DNA of 51,311 bases from Octopus bimaculoides (taxonomy: Eukaryota). The stretch covers positions 28,672,671 through 28,723,981 of the forward strand of contig NC_068991.1 of the NCBI RefSeq assembly GCF_001194135.2, in the 5' to 3' direction. Numbering within the stretch: position 1 is the stretch's first letter; each line of letters begins with the position of its first letter. The notes below the pieces were generated by a model. The model saw only the letters and a list, made by a program, of their open reading frames with translations. It had not been told where the DNA came from and made no database searches. The position numbers and the translations under genes were made by a program. Shown piece by piece: positions 1 to 11,430 of this stretch.

Positions 1-2216
1 AAAAAGGCAAAAGAGAGTCACTTACTGTTATAGTTTCTTCAATGAGAATATTGACCAAGGTTACCGTGGTCTTTTCCGTGGGCTTTTCCTTCCACGGCTA
101 AACCTAAACTGTCCTCCAATCTTTTTACACGAGAACATTACTGTATGATACACGATCCCTATTGATCGGCCTTTCCTTTTCCTTTTTTTTCGATCCCTTT
201 TGATCGAACTGCCCCTTTTTCCCTTCCTACGATCCCTTTTGATCGACACCACCAATTTTTTTTTTTTCCTTCCTTCCCCCTCCCAAAAAGAAAAGCTCTA
301 CATTGTATTTGTCCCATCTTCGTTGAGCCCTGTGTGGCTAATAAAAGAAATGTATATCATCACTATGATTGTTTTGTAACTACTTTCCATGCTAAAGGTG
401 ACAAGCTAGCAGAATCATTGGCATGCTGGGCAAAATGCTTAGCAGCATTTTATCCATCCTTACATATGGAGTTCAAATTCCACTGATGGCAACTTTGCCT
501 TATATCTTTTCAGAGCGCAATATGAATGATGAAAACTTAAGTGATTAAAACATGGGTTGCAGTGGCATGATTGACAGTGGTATGAGTGATAGTGGTATGA
601 GTGACAGGGATGAGAGACTATCAAAGAGGCCAATGATGTAGACTTGACAGCATGCACATATTCATAAATATACACTTACACACACACATATATATACACG
701 TGTAGAAATAAGTCCATAAGTCTCATTCTGTTATTGAACATTGATATGCTCGCGTCTTTTTTTCTGGATGTTTACAATATCAGGACTTTAATCCACATGG
801 ATCTACACAAGATTGCACTTATATATACACATGAATATATTCAAGTATACACATTCATATCACCCAAAAAGGCATGCACACACATATATATGTATATAGA
901 AGTTATAATTAAAATTAAAGTTTAGATATGAAATTTTAAAACTTAGCAACCAAACCTTACGTTGGGTATGTCCCTAGTAGTGTATATATTACCTGCTTGT
1001 TGTTTATACACCTGTCTTCATCTTTTGTTTTTCTGTAAATTTCAACTATATATATACATAATACAAAGAATATATATGCATGTATACACACATATATGTA
1101 CATACTTACATCTACATGTGTATATAGATGCATATCAGGGTATAGGACATTAGAACAATGAACTACAGACCACGGAACAAACACATAAGAAAAAATTTAA
1201 GGTGGTTTTTCACAATTATCACCAAGAGGCAACAAGTTTAGTCATCGCTTAAGTGACTAAGGGTGTTAGTCAGCACCAGCATTGCTAAAAATAGGAGTCA
1301 AAACAATACTTATCCACATGAGAGGACTTTACTGAAGACTGACAATGGAGACAAGCTCCCTACAGCAAGCATGATGGAGTCATATCATCAATGATTTCAG
1401 ATTTGATTAATGTTCCACAGTGACCCATTACTCCATTGCCAATGGTTAAAAGCTTAATACACCTTGTCAATCTTATAGAGAATACCATAGGAAACATTGA
1501 CTGATTCCAAAAATGGTGAAGTGAGAATTATAAATTATTGAAGTGACTATTTGCAATTTATAACTGAAAGACAACAAGTATAGTCATCACTAAAGTGACT
1601 GAGGGTGCTAGCCAGCACAAGCATTGCTAGAAATAATAGTCAAAACAACTCTTAGCCACATGAGAGCACTTTTCTAACGACTGACAAGGGAGGCAATACA
1701 TATATGCTTTTATTCTTTTATTTGTTTCAGACATTTGGCTGCAGCCATGTTGGGGCACTGCTTTGAAAGGTTTTAGTCAAACAAATCAAGTCCAGGACTT
1801 ATTTCTTTTTAAAACCTGATATTTATTCTATCAGTCATCTTTGCCAAACTACTAAGCTATGGGGGATGTAAACATCCGCACACCAGTTGTCAAGCAGTGA
1901 TGTATCAGAGAGCTGTATCAGGTTCCAGTCTGATTTGGCATGATTCCTACGACTGGGTGCCCTTCCTAATGCCAACCACTCCATGAGTGAGTATCGTCTA
2001 TGTGTCACTGGCACCAGCCATGACTATGATTTCACTTGGCCTGATGATATATATATATATATATATAACAGTAACATCCACCCCTCGGGGTCAGCCACAT
2101 TTAAGTGGCAAATATACTTCACTATATATATATATATATGTTATATGTTATATATATATATAATGGATATCAGTGTCAAAACACTCTTTTAAATTTAAAA
2201 TTTTGGATATATATAG

Positions 2217-2258
<42 letters not shown>

Positions 2259-2486
2259 TTTTGAGGTGTCTTTCTTTTAGAGATGAACTCATTATTTTCA
2301 GGCACCCACTTTGGCTCTCTAGACTCCTGATCACTGTAGTGGTTAAATCCTCTTTTATAGTTCTTGACTACTACAACTATTGCTACTACTGCTGCTACTA
2401 CTACTACTGCTACGATTAACAACTACAATATTTGTAAATATTCTAAATGTGCATATATATAAATTCTATCAATAGCGGTGGTGGTG

Positions 2487-2522
<36 letters not shown>

Positions 2523-2706
2523 GTATCTCTATAGAGTCATAAAGAGCAACTTAGTAAATAGCACTAGAAAGAAACAAGTTCAATGTGAGAAAGGCATACA
2601 TTGAAACAACTACAAGAATTCTCAAATGAACAGTAAGCCTGCCCCACCCCTAAACAACAACAAAAAGAAGAAAACAATAGTAATTAAGGGGAGCTATAGA
2701 GCTTAC

Positions 2707-4297
2707 TGAATGATTTCCTTCGCCTGACTGGTAGATTATTGTAATTCATGCTTTCTTGAGATATATTCTTCTCTTGTTTAGCAATATATCTTTTCAGTGC
2801 CACGTCTTCAGTGTGGAAACAAAATGGCTGGGTAACAGTGTTCTTTCTCAGTTTCTTCTTCTTAGATAATTCTTTCTGAAATTGTTTGTGTAAGACATCA
2901 TAATCAGGAATATATTTATGAATGCATGGTGTGAAAGAATTCTTTTTCTCTTTTAAATTGTCACGTATAACTTCTTCCCTTAGTTTCTGATTTGTTTCCA
3001 ACCCTTTCGGTGTTGAAAGTAATTCACCACCCAGTTCTTGAGCTCGCAGCATCTTATTTAATTTTCTCATTTGCTCTAGTTCAGTTGCTGTTTTATCAAA
3101 AGAATGGGTACATCTAGAAATGGGCTTGTCCTTGAGTTTTTTATGCTTCTTTTTTTCTGATTCCACAAAGGACATACATGAAGATGGTCTCACATTTCTT
3201 TCATTATTCTTTGCTGCAAATGAGAATGGTTGTTGAAGAGATTCTAGATATTCCTTTCGGTTTTTCTGTGATATGCTTCGCTGCCTGTCCTTCTTCTTAT
3301 TAATTTCATCATAAAGAGGCATATACACATGAGCAGGGACAGGAGAAGCTTTGAATAATTTCCTACATTCACATTCTTCTTGTCTCCTATTTTCTTCACA
3401 TTCTCTCTCAAAGTCTAATAATGTTTTACTTTTTTTCTTTTCTTTGTTTGCCTCTCGAAGTGTCATGTTGAAAGGTTTTGGTACTGTAATTCCATAGTTC
3501 CAGTCATTTTTTTCGTTCTGATATTTGTCAATAGATGAACAGCTGCGATGCACTGCAGGTTGCATTTTGGTAAACGGCTCACAATATTCAGGTGAATTTA
3601 ATTCCAAATTACTGTCCTCAGTGTCGTCAATATAGTCTGGTAATTCTGAGAATTGATTATTCCATTGTGATTCATCACAACTCAAGGCACGACAAGGAAC
3701 ACATTCATAACCATCATCTTTTATAGATTGAGTGCTTTTCTTCTTTTTTCTCTTTGCTTTTCTTTTGAAATAATTTCTTTTTTTCACATTTTCCAATATT
3801 TGCTGGTTTCTGTCGATATTTTTGCAGGAATCTTTCTCATGAACTGCACATTTGTTTTCGTATGGCTCATTAGTATTAAAATCTACATTTATTTTATGAG
3901 TAGGATAAATATCTTTGGATCGTTTTCCATTTACATGTTCGGTCATTCTATTAACACCTGCTCTTACATTGGTACAACTCTTTTCATAAAGATCTTGCCA
4001 GAAGTTCAAGGTCTTTTTATGACACTCTCGCAGTTCCGCAAGTTTTTGGACAAACTCAAAACAAATATCTTGATTGTTGTTATTACAATGAGGACATTCT
4101 GTAAATAACTCAGACGTTAATAATGAATTCGTTTGACATATTCTGTTCATTAATCTTCGCTCTTCTTCTATATTCCTCGGTATTTCACTGCTGTATTTGT
4201 GTGCTGGGTAAGTGCTAGTCGGTGAGGTTGGTGCTTTCTCTTTCAAACATAAACACCCCGTATCTCGACACCCACGTTTCGTTGCTAAGGACGCCAT
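2707..4297 (-). CDS. FAM161A: FAM161-family protein (UPF0564 domain), large first coding exon; gene continues beyond a splice donor at 2706
   Basis: The 537-aa ORF contains FAM161 blocks: FVQKLAELRECHKKTLNFWQDLY (N-terminal coil), ITVPKPFNMTLRE...KLFKASPVPAHVYMPLYDEI...LQQPFSF and IPDYDVLHKQFQKEL...TVTQPFCFHT. The ATG at 4297 has an in-frame TGA just upstream. A GTAAGC donor at 2706-2701 (minus) precedes the ORF stop, so the last few ORF residues are intronic. Probably co-orthologous to vertebrate FAM161A/B. Confidence 0.88.
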
Positions 4298-4945
4298 AGC
4301 TGCTCACAACTGGGTAGAGCAAACACACTCAAATCACACTAACATACCGAGGCAGGTACATACATGTCTAACTAACTAACTATCTAGCTAGCTACACACA
4401 ATTTCTAGTGGTCTGTTTTATCGAACTTTTAGCCTTTCGAATTATTTTAAAGAGCAAAAGTCTAAAGCAAACAGATTTCCCTGATCGAAGTCAAAATACG
4501 AAATAACTCCAACTCCATACAACTTGTGGTTGCGATCATTTCAAGTAAATCACAATAAAGTATGAATTTCTCAAAATTTATCTCTAGAGTTTGATCAAAA
4601 TAATAGCTTATAGATGGCAATCGCAGTTTTATAGCGCTGAAGAAAAGTTGTAACAGGTCTTGGAGACAGGAGGTTGTAACACCGATGCCTTTCTTATGGC
4701 ATTAATGACGTAAACTAAACGTTCGAAGTATTGACTTTGACTGATGAAACGCCACAGGGAAAAATTATAAAATAAAATATAGTAATAACAACATTAAAGT
4801 AGTTATCTATCGTTCTTATTTAAGTATGGAATAAAATGTAAATATTGGGAACGTTTTAATAGTTACTGTTGTGTATGTATATAATATGTATGTATACGAA
4901 TAATTTTCAAACTATATGAAATATAACATAATATACCCAGTAGAG

Positions 4946-4997
<52 letters not shown>

Positions 4998-5372
4998 AAC
5001 ACACACACAGATATATATGTATGTAATAAGCAATACAATTTGATATGTAACAATGTAATAAAATAGAACAGAATGTATGAATGTGTGTATGTATGTGTGT
5101 ACACTATCACAAAATGTAGTGTATATTATTTAACTAATGTAATGTATAGTATAATGATTAATTTTTAAAGTATAATCAGGTTTTTTAAAATAACTATTAT
5201 AATTACTATAAAAATATTCCATATTTTTGAAATTGATAATCAATCGTTATGGGGAAGAATGTGAATTTGTGAAGCGTATTAGTACAACAAGGGAGTTAAA
5301 TCCATCTTTTTTTTTACAGTGATAAGGAGTTAAGTCCCTTCATTCACTGCGTGTTTACTGTGGCATCAAGTA
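4298..5372. promoter_or_regulatory. Putative bidirectional promoter and 5' UTR region between FAM161 and COQ6
   Basis: Lies between two divergent start codons. Contains TGACGTAA (CRE-like) at 4706-4713 and a long (TA)n tract around 4948-4988. TSSs are not determinable from sequence. Confidence 0.6.
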
Positions 5373-5568
5373 ATGTCGGCTTCAAAGTTATTAACATATT
5401 CTTTCGTGAAAACTCTCCCTGTCAGGACGTCCTGGCTGAGGAAATTACGAAACAGGCATGGTTTCACAACTCGCATGTTTGTTCGGTCGATGTGTTCACC
5501 TGTGGAGCCGAGGCATGTTGTTATATCCGGTGGAGGAATGGTAGGCACAGCGATGGCTTGTAGTTTAG
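5373..5568 (+). CDS. COQ6: COQ6 exon 1 (mitochondrial presequence plus FAD-binding GxGxxG)
   Basis: MSASKLL...HVVISGGGMVGTAMACSLG; basic, acid-free N-terminus; donor GTAAAT at 5569, phase 1. Confidence 0.95.
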
Positions 5569-6640
5569 GTAAATTTACTAATCTCCCGCACCATGAGATG
5601 TTTGTTAACGTTATCTATTATCAGTATATTTATTGAATGGTCAGTAACGGTGGAAAGGATGACACGACTGAGTGGGCACGCTTTGAGCTTGCACCTGGTG
5701 GTTGGATACAAAAGAAGCGCTTCCCTGTGATGTCCTTGACAGTCAGGGTGACCCAGTATCGCTGGGTTCCTTGCTTACCTCTGAAAATTTTGTTATCAAT
5801 TCTCTTGTTAATTGTGCCCCCACCCCACTTTGTTTCCTCGTAATTTTGAGAAAAATAGATATTTTTTTGATGAAATTTTTTACAAATGCGCTTCAAATGG
5901 TGAAGATTCCATTGATATCGGAATTTGTTGCGAAAAATTTTTTCTAGGGGTGATAGTGAAGTTTCGGAAAACCCATACGAGTCGTCCTCATAACTTTCAG
6001 AAAAATGTTTTGTTTTTTTTAACGAAATTTTCTGTAAATATCTTTCGGAATATATGAATTCTAATTATACCAGAATTTGATGTGGAAAAAAAAAAAAGAA
6101 AAGAAAAATGGTGTGCACACACTCTGATATACTTGGAATCTACACCATCTGTAGAAAATTTCATGGAAGAATATACATTTTTCTGAATATATGTGGAAAT
6201 AAAGTGGCAGATCATGTCTGTTGCTGTCACAGTTTTTGAAATTTTAAAATAAAGTGAAAATTTTCAAATTTGTTATATTGATGTAATTTTTCACACCGAT
6301 CTAATTTTGTTATTCACTTGTTCAAGAAAAGTTTTAGAAAAATATTAGAGAGGTTTAAAGTTTTATCAATTTTTTTACTTAATCAGAAAACAGGATGTAG
6401 AAGCTGGCATGTCCTATGTGATGGTTGTCTATCACAAAATGAAAGCAAAAACATTACAATGAATTTTTATTAAACAGATTGAAAGCAAATCATGACAAAA
6501 GTTGCAGGAAGTTTTGAAGTTCTATAGGTTTTAATGAGTAAATTCATGTCAAACAGTCGAATAGGCATGTTAATTTAAAAAGGGAAATATCCTCAACGAG
6601 ATTTTTTTGCAAAATATTACAAAGCAAACAAACTGTGTGT

Positions 6641-6720
6641 TAGGGTTTCGGGTTAAAATTTGGAGTTAGGGGTTAGAGATAAGGTTTAGGGTTAGAATTT
6701 GGGGTTAGGGTGTAGGGTTG
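6641..6720 (+). repeat. Degenerate TTAGGG-like tract
   Basis: tagggttt, gttaggggttag, tttagggttag, ggggttagggtgtaggg; flanked by ~50 bp direct repeats. Confidence 0.65.
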
Positions 6721-6997
6721 AAACAGTCAAACAGGCATATAAATTTAAAAAGGAAAAATCCTCAATGGACAAACATGATATTGAGAAACCAGTTGATCTA
6801 CTGGTTTTGCCACACTGGAGGGAGAGTGGTTCGCTCCCTTACTCGCAATATAACAAACATAGCAGGTTGTATGTCGTTAACCAGTTGGAAAAGAGGTTTT
6901 CCTGGTTAAAATGTAGTAACATTGTTCTGCATGGAACAGCCACATAAAAGTGGCAATAAATGCCAGTCTGTATATATATATATATATATATATATAG

Positions 6998-7245
6998 GAC
7001 AGAGGAATGAATGATTATCTTATGAACTTCATTAGCTTGCAGCTGTTTCTGCTATAAGATGCAGTGGACTTATTGTTGAGTGTATGAGTAACACCTTATA
7101 GCTTCATCAAAACCTTGAATATGAAAAAGGCTCTGATGAAGCGATAAGGTGCTACTCAAGCATTCAACAATAAGTCCACTGTATCTTATAGCAGAAACAG
7201 CTGCAAGCTAATGAAGTTCATAAGATAATCATTTATTCCTTTGTC
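6998..7245. repeat. Long inverted repeat (~119 bp arms, ~10 nt loop)
   Basis: 6998-7116 is the reverse complement of 7127-7245 with scattered mismatches. A related single arm lies at ~15465-15650. Confidence 0.9.
7129..7209 (+). ncRNA. Type I hammerhead-ribozyme-like motif (Penelope-type, long stem II), probably inactive
   Basis: GGCU-CUGAUGA-A-[GCGAUAAGGUGC...GUAUCUUAUAGC]-A-GAAA-CAGCUG-CA-AGCU. Stems I and II pair; the triplet is GCA rather than GUA. Confidence 0.6.
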
Positions 7246-7388
7246 ATCTCATTGTCTTATTACTGCTCTGTACTCAACTCACACTTCATTCAGAAGCATA
7301 TGTATTGAGTTCTACACCACATTATTAGTCCCACAATGCCTAAGTGAAATATATATATATATAATACATTTTTTTGATATTTTCACAG

Positions 7389-7520
7389 GTTTTAATCCCA
7401 TGTTTGAAGGAAAATCCATAACATTACTGGAAGCTGCTCCGAAAAAAAAATTTGAACTTTCTGAGATGTATAAAAATCGTGTCAGCACTGTCAATTTAAG
7501 TACAGTATCACTGTTCAACA
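7389..7520 (+). CDS. COQ6: COQ6 exon 2
   Basis: ttttcacAG acceptor; FNPMFEGKSITLLEAAPKKK...YKNRVSTVNLSTVSLFN; GTAAGT donor; 132 nt. Confidence 0.95.
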
Positions 7521-8625
7521 GTAAGTTTATACTACAATATTCTATCTACTTTCAAGCTCTGCACAGTATCTCTCTTTTGTAGTGAATATTAATTGCAGAT
7601 GTAATTTATGATTCCATGTGTTTTATTTTTGTATATTTCTTATTCAGACTAATGTATAAATATTTGCAGCAAGGTAGATTACTTACGACAAATTATTCAG
7701 TTTGATAATTAGTCTATCATAATATTTAGGAATAAAATATAATAGAACACTGACCTATATCACCATCACTGCCCCCACCCTGATCACCCCCTCTACTCTG
7801 TTCACCTCCTCCACCCCATTCATCCCCATCCTATCTTCTTAAATGTGAGTAAATATGCAACAGCAAGAAACCTGTTCTGTTCTGACCCCTTCTCTTATAC
7901 TTTAACTTCTCATCTTCTCCCAAAAAGCTGCCTCTCTCAGGGTTTGTAGTCTTGCAAGTTGTATTGTCACCTCACTAGTGCTGGTGAAATGAAAAAAAAG
8001 CACCAAATCTGGTTGGCATTAGACGGGCATCCCGCTCTAAAACCATGGCAAAGTAGACAGTGGAGAATGATGTAGTCCTTGGACTCTTTAGATACTGTCA
8101 AACTGTCCAGCCCCTGCCAGCAGGACGAGGATGTTAAGTGACGACAACCACAACAATTTTTAAAATGTTTTGTGAAACATTAACTCCACCCTTAAATCCA
8201 AAGCCAATCTGTAATTAGTTCTGAATTTAAGAGCTATAAACCTGACATTTACTCAAGCTTTCATCAAATCATTAAATACCTTTAGACCACTGTGCTATTG
8301 TTTTTGCTGACACTCTATCATCTGAATAAACAGAGAGTTAAGGCCACTAGTAACCCATATATCAGTACTGGTTACATATATGAGAGAGAGGATCTGCTGC
8401 ACAGAGACATCCTAGACCTCATTTCTAATAAAACCATTCAGCTACTTTCATTAAGGTTTGTTTCACTGACAAACTTCTATCTCTGATAGAATACATACAT
8501 TGTATCTTCTGCTTGCTTCTAGGGTTATTCATTGGCCTCTGAATCAACAACCTATGTACCATCTCTTTTTCCTGGCTACCTTATGCACCCACTTCCCTCC
8601 TCTCATCATCCCAACAGACTCTGCA

Positions 8626-9529
8626 TTAACCCTATCATACTGTGTTCCCAGTAAAGCAGGAATAGCCTAAACCCAATCTTGACTGGATTCCCGTTAAAGC
8701 AGTAATGAATAACATATGTAGTAAAAGAAAAGATGAAATATTAAAAACAGACAACCAATCACATTGCAACTCTGTAATCAAGTGTGTTTATGACGCCTTG
8801 TTAATGACGTCCTCCATAGCTGCTGTTTACTTTTGTTTTTAATTTTTTTTAAATGAATCTTTGCGATGAAATGAGTATATGATGAACCCAGCACTTCGTC
8901 TGACAAGGCCTGGACTCTTTACAGTTGAGGAAATTATTGATGATATTTGTTCATCGGATGAAGAGTTTACCTTTACTCAGACAGAGTGATTCGGACAATC
9001 AAACTGGTGAAAGTAATGAGGAAAGTAGTGATTTGGGAGAACAAATACAGTAGTTGAGAGGTAGGCCTATTGTTTTTCTCTTGAATCTTTTTGTGATTCT
9101 GTTTATTAGTTTGCCTACAATTATTATTCTTGAGCTGTATATGCAACTATTTATATTTTGCTCAGGAGCCCAGGTGGAGGATAAAGTTAGCTACAGGGAC
9201 CCAGGTCAGAGAGGATTAAGCACCTCCCTATCATTCTTCCACAGAGTCGCAACTCTCTGGAATTGAATCCTTGCTTACATTTTTTTCTTACCAACATCAG
9301 TCTATAAAAGTTCAAATCAAACAGCAGCACATTAATGTAACTCACCTGGGGGAAACTGTAGCAGTCAAGGATGCTTCCGTTTCTCATTAATGAACAAATA
9401 AAGAATTTGAGGACTAATTTCACCATATTCTACAATGAGAACTAAGTTGTTATTACAAAAATTCTAAATGGCATCTGGTTCTGAATGTTTGTCTGCTTCA
9501 GGATTTAAGGATAAAAAGAAATGGGTTAA
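8626..9529 (+). mobile_element. Possible piggyBac-derived relic
   Basis: TTAA-CCC at 8626 and GGG-TTAA at 9523-9529; internal acidic peptide MNPALRLTRPGLFTVEEIIDDICSSDEE / SDSDNQTGESNEESSD. TIR match is only 3 bp. Confidence 0.3.
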
Positions 9530-9628
9530 GGATAGAGCCCTTGCAGACGCAAGTCTGAAAACTAAGTTTTTCACTGAATTTACTTACAGAACCATTCTTG
9601 TTTTAGTACTGATCTATATGGCCCGATG

Positions 9629-10017
9629 TGGAGGCACAATGGCCCAGTGGTTAAGGCATTGGACTCGTAGTCATAGGATTGTGGTTTCAATTCTCAGACC
9701 GGACGTTGTGAGTGTTTCTTGATTGAAAATACCTGAAGCTCCACGAGGCTCCAGCAGCGGCGGGTGGGGGGATGTTGAACCCTGCTGTACTCTTTCGTCA
9801 CAACTTTCTCTCACTCTTCTTCCTGTTTCTGTTGTACCTGTATTTCAAAGGGCCAACCTTGTCACATTGTGTGTCATGCTGAATCTCCCTGAGAACTACA
9901 TTAAGGGTACATGTGTCTGTGGAGTGCTCAGCCACTTGCATGTTAATTTCATGAGCAGGCTGTTCCATTGATCAGATCAACTGGAACCCTCGTCGTCGCA
10001 ACCAAGAGAGTGCCACA
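9629..10017 (+). mobile_element. tRNA-derived SINE (~390 bp), apparently full length
   Basis: A box TGGCCCAGTGG and B-box-like GGTTTCAATTC head followed by a unique body. Confidence 0.75.
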
Positions 10018-10055
10018 ATATGGCCCAAACTATTCTCAAGATTCTGAAATACAGA

Positions 10056-10645
10056 NNNNNNNNNNNNNNNNNNNNNNNNNNNNNNNNNNNNNNNNNNNNN
10101 NNNNNNNNNNNNNNNNNNNNNNNNNNNNNNNNNNNNNNNNNNNNNNNNNNNNNNNNNNNNNNNNNNNNNNNNNNNNNNNNNNNNNNNNNNNNNNNNNNNN
10201 NNNNNNNNNNNNNNNNNNNNNNNNNNNNNNNNNNNNNNNNNNNNNNNNNNNNNNNNNNNNNNNNNNNNNNNNNNNNNNNNNNNNNNNNNNNNNNNNNNNN
10301 NNNNNNNNNNNNNNNNNNNNNNNNNNNNNNNNNNNNNNNNNNNNNNNNNNNNNNNNNNNNNNNNNNNNNNNNNNNNNNNNNNNNNNNNNNNNNNNNNNNN
10401 NNNNNNNNNNNNNNNNNNNNNNNNNNNNNNNNNNNNNNNNNNNNNNNNNNNNNNNNNNNNNNNNNNNNNNNNNNNNNNNNNNNNNNNNNNNNNNNNNNNN
10501 NNNNNNNNNNNNNNNNNNNNNNNNNNNNNNNNNNNNNNNNNNNNNNNNNNNNNNNNNNNNNNNNNNNNNNNNNNNNNNNNNNNNNNNNNNNNNNNNNNNN
10601 NNNNNNNNNNNNNNNNNNNNNNNNNNNNNNNNNNNNNNNNNNNNN
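10056..10645. other. Assembly gap (others: 18200-18330, 34403-34642, 37738-38555, 39490-40127, 48275-48294)
   Basis: Runs of N; all abut repeats or microsatellites; none removes a COQ6 exon. Confidence 1.
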
Positions 10646-10691
10646 GGGGACAAACACAGACACACAAACATATACACACACATACATATAT

Positions 10692-10855
10692 ACGACAGGC
10701 TTCTTTCAGTTTCCGTCTACCAAATCCACTCACAAGGCTTTGGTCGGCCCGAGGCTATAGTAGAAGACACTTGCCCAAGATGCCACGCAGTGGGACTGAA
10801 CCTGGAACCATGTGGTTGGTAAGCAAGCTACTTACCACACAGCCACTCCTGCGCC
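10692..10855 (-). mobile_element. tRNA-derived SINE family B (GGCTGTGTGGTAAG...GGTTCAGTCCCACTG...GGAAACTGAAAGAAGCC)
   Basis: Well-preserved copy. Related copies at ~12270, 16080, 19650, 20535, 26865, 31205, 34295(-), 34700, 47480(-), 49060(-). Confidence 0.85.
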
Positions 10856-10892
10856 TATATATATATATATATATTTATTTATTCAATTTCAG

Positions 10893-10951
10893 GTTTTGGT
10901 GCTTGGGATAAAGTCCTTCAGATGCGCTGTCAGCCTGTAAAAAGAATGCAA
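10893..10951 (+). CDS. COQ6: COQ6 exon 3
   Basis: tttcAG acceptor; (S)FGAWDKVLQMRCQPVKRMQ; GTAAGC donor; 59 nt. Confidence 0.95.
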
Positions 10952-11211
10952 GTAAGCTTATTTACATTTCCTTTGTGTAACAAATTTAAATTCAGGAATT
11001 GAAAGGAAATGATGATAACATTAATAATAGTCATCATCATCATCATCATCATTTAACGTCCGCTTTCCATGCTAGCATGTGTTGGACGATTTAACTGAGG
11101 ACTGGCGAACCAGATGGCTACACCAGACTCCAATCTTATCTGGCAGAGTTTCTACAGCTGGATGTCCTTCCTAACGCCAACCACTCCGAGAGTGTAGTGG
11201 GTGCTATTCTT

Positions 11212-11430
11212 ATTCTAACAGCTATACTCTCAGAGCATCCATCCCTGCTACTGACTTGGGCACCTAGGTAACAGAAGCTATCTACTACTACTAGTTTTTC
11301 CCACTGGCATGTAATGAAATCTGTTTTCTGTGCATCTTTGGTGTTTATTGCCCTTGTACATCTGCCACACAAAAACTATCTTCCCAGTTAACCTTTCTTT
11401 GGTATTGCTGCACCTCTTATGTGTTCATAC
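11212..11430 (-). mobile_element. RTE-type LINE reverse-transcriptase fragment
   Basis: EKLVVVDSFCYLGAQVSSRDGCSESIAVRIRIA is typical of the RTE RT C-terminus. Confidence 0.8.

Noticed and set aside
26-255. Minus-strand GTAAGT donor at 25-20 as a possible next FAM161 exon
   Set aside because: The frame required from the phase-1 donor hits a stop, and no FAM161 C-terminal similarity is visible.
4741-4765. CTGATGA...GGAAA in the FAM161-COQ6 intergenic region
   Set aside because: No convincing stem I, II or III pairing for a hammerhead.
3728-5548. Antisense ORFs over FAM161 (3728-4108) and COQ6 exon 1 (5351-5563, 5366-5548)
   Set aside because: Shadow frames of real coding exons.
5637-5896. 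Overlapping short ORFs in a GC-richer patch of COQ6 intron 1
   Set aside because: No recognisable domain or consistent splice sites; adjacent to transposon-like AT-rich repeats.
9640-9712. tRNA-like sequences here and at 41727, 10790-10855 and others
   Set aside because: They are SINE heads with no closed acceptor stem, running into multicopy bodies.
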